Shown here piece after piece: positions 1 through 10,900 of a stretch of DNA of 64,000 nt. A model generated the notes under the pieces. It was given only the letters and a program-made list of their open reading frames with translations. It was not told the origin of the DNA and searched no databases. Position 1 is the stretch's first letter. Each line of letters begins with the position of its first letter. A program made the translations under genes and the position numbers. The stretch lies in the NCBI GenBank assembly GCA_002269645.1, contig NIVC01002752.1:62001-126000 (forward strand), read 5' to 3'. This DNA comes from Macrostomum lignano. Its lineage: Eukaryota.

Positions 1-64
1 GTATCCTGTTCCAAGTTGCGCACCGATCCACCTCCGCCTTGCAGACCTGCTCCCCGCAGCAATA

Positions 65-505
65 ATGGTGTCGAAAATCATGAAAGCCGGTCGCGTCGTG
101 GTGGTGCTGTCCGGCAGGTACGCCGGTCGGAAGGCCTTCATCGTGAAGAACTACGACAAGTCCGGCTCTGACGAGAGCAGCGGCAAGTCCGGCCAGGACA
201 AGCGCAACTACTCGCACTCTCTGGTTGTGGGAGTGGACCGCTATCCGCGCAAAATCACCAGGAGCATGGGCAAGAAGAGGGCCGCCAAGAAGACCAAGCT
301 GAAGCCGTTCATCAAGATTATGAACCACAACCACGTGCTGCCAACTCGCTACGTTGTGGACACCACCTTCGACAGTAAAGTCGTGAACAAGGAGGCGTTC
401 AAGGACGCCGCGGCCAAGCGCAAGGCAATGGCACTTGTCAAGAGCCTGGAGGAGAAGTACAAGGCGGGCAAGAACAAGTGGTTCTTCACCAAGTTGCGCT
501 TCTAA
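65..505 (+). CDS. RPL27: 60S ribosomal protein L27 (eL27), coding region without introns
   Basis: 146-aa ORF with KOW-type N-terminus ([16 protein letters not shown]), [20 protein letters not shown] and the conserved C-terminus [12 protein letters not shown], matching recalled eL27 sequences end to end. Confidence 0.98.
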   Translation: MVSKIMKAGRVVVVLSGRYAGRKAFIVKNYDKSGSDESSGKSGQDKRNYSHSLVVGVDRYPRKITRSMGKKRAAKKTKLKPFIKIMNHNHVLPTRYVVDTTFDSKVVNKEAFKDAAAKRKAMALVKSLEEKYKAGKNKWFFTKLRF

Positions 506-559
506 CTTAATTGACTGGCTGATTTATTGACAAATTGTTGTTTGCTCCAGAGGGCTCAG

Positions 560-565
560 AATAAA
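560..565 (+). promoter_or_regulatory. polyadenylation signal of RPL27
   Basis: AATAAA 55 nt after the stop codon. Confidence 0.65.
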
Positions 566-706
566 ATTGATTTGTAAAAGCAGCGTTGATAACTGTTGGC
601 TTCGACTGGATTGAAATGCTTCTTTTGGAAAGAAAGGCTTCCTTCCGCGTTTCGACTTCTTTGCTAACGTTAGCCGATAGTTAGCAATAAAAACCCTAGT
701 TTCGAT

Positions 707-1042
707 CACAGATACTAAAATAACTAGATGGGCCCACTGAGGCAAATATACTTAGTAAAACAGAAGCTTTCTACTTTCAGTTCAGTAGCAAAGAAGAATA
801 CATAATCTATTTTATAAAAATAAAGGCAGCTGAAATGACTTAATAATGTACATTAGCCAGTCCGAGAAAGGCAATAAAATTTGGGGCGGGGTGGGGGTAG
901 TTTATAAAGGGGGGGTCAGAGCCAATAAATGAGCCTTGGCTTTAAAATACATTAAAAGGCTTCTGTTTAACCTACTACTGAACTGGAAGTAGCTTACACG
1001 CAAATGTGCTGAGTGGCTTATCTAGTTATTCTAGTATCTGTG
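707..1042. mobile_element. MITE copy 1 (CACAG...CTGTG termini, ~35-bp imperfect TIR, 8-bp TSD; hAT- or P-like)
   Basis: Left end cacagatactaaaataactagatgggcccact; reverse complement of right end cacagatactagaataactagataagccact. Flanks GTTTCGAT / GTTCGAT. Interior homologous to 6120-6511. Confidence 0.8.
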
Positions 1043-2152
1043 GTTCGATGCAATAGTCATTCAGTTAATTTAGATTGCTTTTGCTTTAGACCACTTCAGT
1101 CCTACGAATACAGATCAGCCCCTTGCTCATGAGCCGTTCCAATTCAAAGGTATGAAAATGTCTTGCATTTGTGTCGCCGGAGTTATTTCGAGTTTATTAT
1201 CAACCAGACTGACAAACATTCGCAATCTTCACTTATTCGTTGGCGAATCGAGTCGGCATATACAACTGATTCTTTATATATTTGCTATGAAAGAAATAAG
1301 ATGCGAAATGAAAAGTTAGCTAAGTGCTTGCTTTAGGTGCTTCCGGCCTCCGGCTGTCCGTCGGTTCTGGTGCAGTATCGTATACAGAGTTTTGCTAGCA
1401 ATCAAAATGACACAGAAAAGTAAATATTCACAATGGGACACATTGTATTGCACTGTACTCAGTGTAAAAATAGCCTATGCTTATATCCCTAGTTTGTTTC
1501 ATCTGGTTTAGAATAAAATTTAGTATATAAGGATAACAAATGACAATGCTCCATGAACTTTATCTTCAATTATAATTATGTACTCGTAACAGAATATCCT
1601 AGAATAGATGAACAACAGAAATATTATATTTGTAAGCATTTTCATGAGCCACGGTTACGGAACGCAAAAAATAAGTACGAATGAATGTGCAGTTTGAGAA
1701 TTTAAAGTAGGGGTCCGATTGGCAAACTTTACCTCAAGGGCCAGGTTAGGAATCTTGCTTAAATAAGAGTTGGGATGAGAGAGAAGATGAGAGGAGCTGA
1801 GAAACGAGAGAAGAGGGGAGAAAAGGTATTACAGAGCTGAGAAGAGGATTGCTAATGTGAAGTTTCAAAGGATCCGAGGGCCCGATACAGAGGCTTCGCG
1901 GCCGAAGTTTACCGACCCCTGATTTAAAGCCAGTCAAATTGTCTCAAATCGCGTTGTAATCTTGTGCAAACGGGACCGGACACTTGTCTTGAATACTCAT
2001 TGGGGTTTTCTCAGCAGGGAAATGGGAATGACCAGCTCTTTATAAACGGATCGTGCTTGAAGACGTTGGGAATTTCTAGTCTTGGTTTTTAGTGTCGCAT
2101 GCCTACACAAGTTAGCTGACTAGGGAGATTCCGCTATATGCGAACGGTATGA

Positions 2153-2158
2153 TTTATT
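2153..2158 (-). promoter_or_regulatory. polyadenylation signal of the RhoGEF gene
   Basis: AATAAA on the minus strand ~220 nt past the stop at 2378. Confidence 0.55.
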
Positions 2159-2377
2159 GTAAAACTAAACTGGTCCTAAATCCTAATGACGCTAAACAAT
2201 GTATTAGATTGAAGATAATATCGTTAACAATATTGATCGGCCTTTGACTGTGTGTGCAGCGAATAGTTGGCCTCTCCGTCAGCCTTGCCTCCGTTAAACT
2301 TGTCTGAAATCGGTGTTGATTAGTTTTTGATAATTCGGCTGCAAGAGGCCCACTGCAGTGCGCACGCAATTCACGAC

Positions 2378-5300
2378 TTACGATGACTCGCGCCCATCGG
2401 ATCTTGAGAGGCTTATCAGCAGCCGCTGCCGTTCTGGCGTCAGCTCCTGGCTGGCCGGGAATGTCCCAACCTCCCCGCCGTTGTTGTCCCCGCCGCCTCC
2501 GCTATCGTCTGCTGAGCTGCTCCTCGACTGCTGGTGGTGTTGCTGTTGATAAAGTGTAGACTCCGAGTCTAGCCGGATTGGCTGTGAAGACTCCGCTGCG
2601 GCCGTCGCGCCGCGCAGGCCGTCCAGTTCGCTGCTGCTGTGCGCGCAGTGCAGCGTCGGTCTGGTCCGAGCGGCCGGCTCTGAGAGCCACCGTTCCGGCT
2701 GCGACGGCGGCGGCGGCTTCGGCGAAACTGGCCGCGCCGCAATCGCCGAGTCGAAAGAATGATGATTACAACGTGGACAAGTCGCGGCGCTTGCCTGCTG
2801 CAGGGCGCTCGACTTCGGCGGCGGCTGCGGCAGGAGCTGCAGCTGGCGCAGCAGGGCCTCTCGGGCGCGCCGGAGCCGCTCAAGCCAGTCGTCGCACTGG
2901 CGCTGGTCCTGGGCGGCCAGGCACAGCAGGCTGTCGATGCTGCCAAAATCCGACAGTACGGCGGCTACGAACGAGTCTGATGATTGAATCAAGGATTACA
3001 TGTAGTTGGCTATATAGCCACAAGAACCGCTGACAATCTGCAAGAACCAACAGTTTGCTTACCAAGCTCAAAACTGCTTACTCAAGAGTCTTGCGTACAT
3101 CATAAAATGAGATGCGCTTCACACACGAGCGTAAATCCGTAGAAGTGAAACAGTAAACAGTAATAGAATTACTTGATTTTCAAGCTATTCGGACCGCTAG
3201 TAGATAGTAGGAAAATTATCGACAAAGAATTACTCTTATGCTGTGCATAAACATTTCTCTAATCACTCACTGCTGCCGTCGCCCAGTCTGTGGGTGACCA
3301 GTTTGTCCAGTCGGATCGGAGACCTCAGCGGGCGCAAACTTGGCCTCTTAGAGCCGCGGGCCAGCAGCAGCATGTCGGTGAACAGCAGGCACCGCGCCTC
3401 GCTCCACTGCGGATTCGGTGGGAACCGGGTTGTGAGACTTAAGGTAAATGAATATAATCAAAGACCTGACCTACATACGCGATCCAACATGTGACACCTC
3501 TATCTTACAGGTGACTCCCGTGTCTAACATGTGACACCTTTATCTTACAGGTGACTCCCGTGTCTAACATGTGACACCTTTATCTTGAAGAGGACTCCCG
3601 TGTCTAGCAAGTGACACCTTTATCTTACAGGTGACTCGATCCCGTGTCTAACATGTGCTTTTCTCTTAGAGGCAAAATCCATTTTAACTGGTGTTGGGGG
3701 GGTGTCACTTGTAGCACGTGAGCCATGAAGCCACCCACATCAGATGCAGTAGCCATCCAATACCTTGCCTCGCTCGTCCTTCAGCCGCAGGTCGCCCTCA
3801 AATATCTTTCTACGCTGCTGGCCATTGTGCTGCATGGGCCTCAGCAGGCTGAGCCGGTACCGCTCCATAAGGCTTGAACAATCCTCGCCAAACGAGTCTA
3901 TCGCATCCTGTAGCTTGGCGTCTTCCTCGAGCTTATCGGCCACCACTCGAACCTCGTCTTCGTCCGTCTTTTTCTGGTAGCGACTGTTCAGCTGGCTGCA
4001 GAATTCCGTTACTTTGAGGATCTGCAGCAGTTTAGTTGCAGAAATCTGCACTACGAGTATACAGTACAACTGCGAACACGTTGCAATGCTTTTAATGCGA
4101 TCAAAACTCAACCTTGACCTCCCCCAAAGCTATAGGCTGTCTTACCCGCCACCCCATCACTCACCCTCTCCAAAGCCATGCTGTCTTACCCGCCACCCCA
4201 TCACTCACCCTCTCCAAAGCCATGCTGTCTTACCCGCCACCCCATCACTCACCCTCTCCAAAGCCATGCTGTCTTACCCGCCACCCCATCACTCACCCTC
4301 TCCAAAGCCATGCTGTCTTACCCGCCACCCCATCACTCACCCTCTCCAAAGCCATGCTGTCTTACCCGCCACCCCATCACTCACCCTCCCCGATGCTAGG
4401 CTGTCTTACCCGCTACCCCCGTCTCTCACCCTCCCCGATGCTAGGCTGCCTCACCCGCCACCCCATCACTCACCCTCCCCGATGCTAGGCTGCCTCACCC
4501 GCCACCCCAACACTCACCCTCCCCGATGCTAGGCTGCCTCACCCGCCACCCCATCACTCACCCTCTCCAAAGCCATGCTGTCTTACCCGCCACCCCATCA
4601 CTCACCCTCTCCAAAGCCATGCTGTCTTACCCGCCACCCCATCACTCACCCTCTCCAAAGCCATGCTGTCTTACCCGCCACCCCCATCACTCACCCTCCC
4701 CGATGCCATGCTGTCTTACCCGCCACCCCATCACTCACCCTCCCTAAAGCCATGCTGTCTTACCCGCCACCCCATCACTCACCCTCTCCAAAGCCATGCT
4801 GTCTTACCCGCCACCCCCATCACTCACCCTCCCCGATGCTAGGCTGTCTTACCCGCTACCCCCGTCTCTCACCCTCCCCGATGCTAGGCTGCCTCACCCG
4901 CCACCCCATCACTCACCCTCCCCGATGCTAGGCTGCCTCACCCGCCACCCCAACACTCACCCTCCCCGATGCTAGGCTGCCTCACCCGCCACCCCATCAC
5001 TCAACCTCTCCAAAGCCATGCTGTCTTACCCGCCACCCCCATCACTCACCCTCCCCAAAGCCATGCTGTCTTACCCGCCACCCCATCACTCACCCTCTCC
5101 AAAGCCATGCTGTCTTACCCGCCACCCCATCACTCACCCTCCCCGATGCTAGGCTGTCTTACCCGCTACCCCGTCTCTCACCCTCCCCGATGCTAGGCTG
5201 CCTCACCCGCCACCCCATCACTCACCCTCCCGATGCTAGGCTGCCTCACCCGCCACCCCAACACTCACCCTCCCCGATGCTAGGCTGCCTCACCCGCCAC

Positions 5301-7825
5301 CCCATCACTCACCCTCCTCGGGGCTAGGCTGCCTCACCCGCCACCCCACCACTCACCCTCCTCGGGGCTAGGCTGCCTCACCCGCCACCCCATCACTCAC
5401 CCTCCTCGGGGCTAGGCTGCCTCACCCGCCACCCCACCACTCACCCTCCCCGATGCTAGGCTGCCTCACCCGCCACCCCATCACTCACCCTCCTCGGGGC
5501 TAGGCTGCCTCACCCGCCATCCCATCACTCATCCTCCTCGGGGCTAGGCTGCCTCACCCGCCACCCCATCACTCACCCTCCCCGATGCTAGGCTGCCTCA
5601 CCCGCCACCCCATCACTCACCCTCCTCGGGGCTAGGCTGCCTCACCCGCCACCCCATCACTCACCCTCCTCGGGGCTAGGCTGCTGCACAGTGAAAAAAG
5701 ATAAAAAGCATTGGGCCCAAAACACCCACCATGATCTCAAGCGACTCCCTATCGCCGGGCTCCTCGGTGTGCCTGAGAATCTCCTGCAGCAGAAGGCCGT
5801 ACTTGGTGATGCGCTGGAACGGTGTAGTTAGCAGCGATTTCAGCTGCAGATCGACCGATCCCTCGTCGGAGCTGTAGTTTCTGGCGCTGTACTTTTGCGC
5901 CCACTGCCAGGAGTGTTGAAGAGTTTAAAGAAAGTTCAAGTTGCTCAAGTGAGATATAAATGACACTCACTGACTGAGACATCATGCACTACGCACAGCA
6001 ACTGTGAGAGATTCAATTTAGACTACGAGCTACTGAGAAAGTAGACGAATAAAGATTTGAATCGTAAAATCTATCAAATAGCCCAAAAATGTCGTCATGA
6101 AAGAAATGTCTGTGCACACCACAAATACTGAAGTAACTAGATGGACACTCAGGTATATAGCAAAGAACACATAAGCTATTTTTTTAATAAAGGCAGCTGA
6201 AATGACTTTGATAAGTTTAGAAGCCCAAGCTTGCAGGCGTAAACAACTTGCTAATTTGTTCAGCAGTAATGTACATTGGCCAGCGCCACTGAAATGTACA
6301 TGGCAGCTTTAGGCTGGAAGTCCGAGAAAGGTAATAAATAAAATTGGGTGGTGGGGCGGGGGTGGAAAGGCTCGGGGGTTTAAGCTGGGGGGAGTAAGTG
6401 CCAATAAACTGAGCCTTGGCTATAAAAATACATTAACCTACTACTGAACTGAAAGTAGCTTACACGCAAATATGCTGAGTGGTCCACCTAGTAGTTATTC
6501 TGGTACCTGTGGTGCCACACTGAGAGTGGTGGCAGAGGACGGCGTGTGGCTGTTGCTGACTGACAAAGGCAAATAAGCCAGAAACCGGTCTCACACCAGC
6601 AGCCAACACAATCAAAATCCAGTCTCACCTTGACAAATTCATTAAATGCATCGTTCTTCTCCTGCAGCCGCAGGTACTCCTTGCAGTCGCTAATGCTCAA
6701 GCAATAGTCCACTGACGGCTGGAAAATCTGGGGGAAACCTTCGAAACCCGATTGAAAGTCGCTCGGCCTGATGAAGCCGCCTCGCTGCTTGGCGACCAGC
6801 AGGGCGGGCTTGAGGTGCAGCGACCACAGTGTATAGTGAGCCTGGAACACGGCAGACAGGCAGGGGAACAGCCGCTGGGTGCTCACGTCTGTTAGCAGGC
6901 CGGCACTGGACTGCAGGTGCTGCAGCACGTTCGCGTACACCTGGGTAGGATATGATAGGGGGTGCTAGAATATTAAGAATTAATAATAATAACTGATTAC
7001 ACCTGCCCCAATGAGCAGATGTGCAACCGACAGCTTAACCGCAGCTATTGCACGGCGCATCTGAAGGCTGCGTACGGCTGTTCAGTCCAAGGACACCCTC
7101 AATTACCCCAGCTAATGCTGGCACCCATTTTACAGCTGGGTGAACTGAAGCAATGCAGAGTTAAGTGTCTTTCTCAAGGACAAATTATTCCGAGTGGATC
7201 GGGAATCGAACCCCCGATCTTAAGGTTATTTAGGCCTTGCTTAGGGCTTGTGAAGTTTAGAGCTTAACATTGCCATTCGCGATCTTGTTTCTAAGCTAAT
7301 TCGTATTCAGCGGAATCAATGGTCGATAAAATGAGTCGACAGTTTAAAAAACTTTTAAAAATCTCACCTCAATGATGGTCTTAAGGTGGCGCAGTATGTT
7401 GAGCTCTGTGTGGCACAGCTCCCATATTGCCGCCTGCTGTTTCACAATTTTGCCGCTCGCCTGGCCAGAGGAGTTCTGCAATTGAAATCTTGGCAGAGTA
7501 ACGGAGGTTTGGTTTTCAATGACTAACTTACTGACTGACTGACTGACTGACTGACTGACTGACTGACTGACTGACTGACTGACTGACTGACTGACTGACT
7601 GACTGACTGACTGACTGACTGACTGACTGACTGACTGACTGACTGACTGACTGACTGACTGACTGACTGACTGACTGACTGACTGACTGACTGACTGACT
7701 GACTGACTGACTGACTGACTGACTGACTGACTGACTGACTGACTGACTGACTGACTGACTGACTGACTGACTGACTGACTGACTGACTAACTAACTAACT
7801 AACTGACTAACTAACTAACTAACTG

Positions 7826-7860
<35 letters not shown>

Positions 7861-7861
7861 G

Positions 7862-7904
<43 letters not shown>

Positions 7905-7905
7905 G

Positions 7906-7948
<43 letters not shown>

Positions 7949-7949
7949 G

Positions 7950-7986
<37 letters not shown>

Positions 7987-10900
7987 TAAACAAACAAAAC
8001 CAAACCAATCAACCAACTCACCCCGGGCAGATCCGAGACGCTGAGCTGCCAGACGGCCTGCAGGTCGGAGCTGACGGCCTCCAGCTGCGGGTTGTCCTGC
8101 CTGGGCAGGCTCTGCTCGCACTGCCGCAGCTGCTCAGCCAGGCGCTCGCGACTGTCCTGCGGAGCCAGCAAGGCGGGGTGGCGGGTGCACCTGCTGGCTC
8201 CGCCTGTCCCTGAAACTCGCTCTCGGATTTCCTGTCAGCCCATTGCTCAGCGCTTTCCTTCAGTTCTCATTCACCTTCTCTCCCCTTGATCTATATCACA
8301 CCTCTCCTCATCCCATCTCTCCCCTCATCCCCTCTCCCTCATCCCATCTCTCCCCACATCCCATCTCTCCCCTCATCCCCTCTCCCTCATCCCATCTCTC
8401 CCCTCATCCCATCTCTCCCCTCATCCCATCTCTCTCCCTCATCCCCTCTCCCTCATCCCCTCTCCCTCATCCCATCTCTCCCCTCATCCCATCTCCCCCT
8501 CATCCCATCTCTCCCTCATCCCATCTCTCCCTCATCCCCTCTCCCTCATCCCATCTCTCCCTCATCCCATCTCTCCCCTCATCCCATCTCTCTCCCTCAT
8601 CCCCTCTCCCTCATCCCCTCTCCCTCATCCCATCTCTCCCTCATCCCATCTCTCCCTCATCCCATCTCCCCCTCATCCCATCTCTCCCTCATCCCATCTC
8701 TCCCCTCATCCCCTCTCCCACATCCCCTCTCCCTCATCCCCTCTCTCTCATCCCATCTCTCCCTCATCCCATCTCTCCCCTCATCCCCTCTCCCTCATCC
8801 CATCTCTCCCCTCATCCCATCTCTCCCCTCATCCCATCTCTCTCCCTCATCCCCTCTCCCTCATCCCCTCTCCCTCATCCCATCTCTCCCTCATCCCATC
8901 TCTCCCCTCATCCCATCTCCCCCTCATCCCATCTCTCCCTCATCCCATCTCTCCCCTCATCCCCTCTCCCACATCCCCTCTCCCTCATCCCCTCTCTCTC
9001 ATCCCATCTCTCCCTCATCCCATCTCTCCCCTCATCCCATCTCCCCCTCATCCCATCTCTCCCTCATCCCATCTCTCCCTCATCCCATCTCCCCCTCATC
9101 CCATCTCCCCCTCATCCCATCTCTCCCTCATCCCATCTCCCCCTCATCCCATCTCCCCCTCATCCCATCTCCCCCTCATCCCATCTCCCCCTCATCCCAT
9201 CTCTCCCTCATCCCATCTCCCCCTCATCCCATCTCCCCTTCATCCCATCTCCCCCTCATCCCATCTCCCCTCATCCCATCTCTCCCTCATCCCATCTCCC
9301 CCTCATCCCATCTCCCCTCATCCCATCCCATCTCGCGCTCTCTCATATTTAACCATCTATCCGATTGCATTTATTACCGCATAAGTTTAAGACTAAAATC
9401 ATAGCTAAAAACGAAAATCCAAAAAAAGTTAATTTACACAAACAGACAGCGGCTTCACTTATTAATCACTGCAGCGGGATAGAACGATATGATATGATAT
9501 AATCTGTCAGCTATTGCGTTTACTAAATTGGATTTGACAATTCTGAACTCCCAACTTTAATAGTACATGTATGCTCATACTTGTGGCCGCGAGTTCAAAA
9601 ACGAAAAAAGACAAATTTTCTAGAAAAGAAATAGAAATAATATTTTACAACAAGAATTAGTATCAAGGAAGCCGACGCCTAATTTTTAGACTCAAGATCG
9701 CTGCATATTGGTGAACATGCTCAGTGATCTGGTGTACTGATTGTGTGCACAATAATCACGATGACCTTTTCATATTCTTGACTACTGTAAGTAGGATAAT
9801 AGCATTCATAAGTGCAGTTTATCAGATTGGGTTTCACAACATTGCTGCAGCTACTGTCTGTCGTGTACTTTTTGTGTCTGATAATTAGTAATATTTGACC
9901 GCAATAATCCATGAAGTATGAAGATGGAAATTTGCCTGTTGAATGGGCGCTTTAAGAGTTTTAAAAATCTGATAGCATCCTTAAAAGCTGTAAGAATCTG
10001 TAAAATAGTCTGTAAGATTCTGTAGAATTGGCTAAGAGACTGTAGAATTGTCTGTAAACGTCTGTAAGATTGTGCAAAATAGTCTCTAAGAGTCTGTAAA
10101 AGATTCTGTAGAATTTTCTGTAAGATACTGTAGAGAAGCCTGTAAGATTCTGTAAATCAGGCTGTGAAATTATGTAGAGCAGACTTTTAAGACTTAAGAG
10201 TCTGTAGAAGATTCTGTAAGATTTTGTAAAATACTTTGCTAAATTTTTTAAAATGGTATAAGTCTGTCGTCTGCTAATATAATTTACAAGAGCCATTAAA
10301 GAGTCTGTAGACAAGTCAAGAAGTCTGTAAAACCTGGCGGTCAGTACTGTGCACATAAGTATAGGTATTCTACAGATCCAAGCCATGCAGGGGTTGGGGC
10401 TTCTAAAGGTAGCGGAGGGCGCTAATTATTGTCAAACCTCGCCTCCCTCGCTGTCCCTTGCGCCCGGGAACAGCATCGTGAAGGAGTTCCTGCGCGGCTT
10501 CGACGCTGCCGGCGGTTTCAAACCGGACGACATCGCTTTCTGGTTGCCACCGGAGCAGATTGTGATCACCTGGCGTGTACGTTGGCAATTTAAGTATTTG
10601 AATCATCCAAGGCAACTGTCACCTCGATTGGCGTGTAGCAGTTCATTGTGGAGTCACTGTGAGGCCGACTGAGTCGCTGCTTCACTGGAGTTAATTGGCT
10701 TCTGCAGACCTAATCCTGCTTCGCAATCCCCAAGCTTCGCTCACGATCCCCAAGCTTCGCAATCCCCAAGCTTCGCTCACGATCCCCAAGCTTCACAATC
10801 CCCAAGCTTCGCAATCCCCAAGCTTCGCTCACGATCCCCAAGCTTCACAATCGCCAAGATTCACAATCCCAGGCTTCACAATCCCCAAGCTTCACAATCC

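Noticed and set aside
1090-1400. Plus-strand exon-like segments (ctttag...aag|gtatga; ctttag|gtgcttcc)
   Set aside because: They are short, give no recognisable protein and cannot be linked to any gene.
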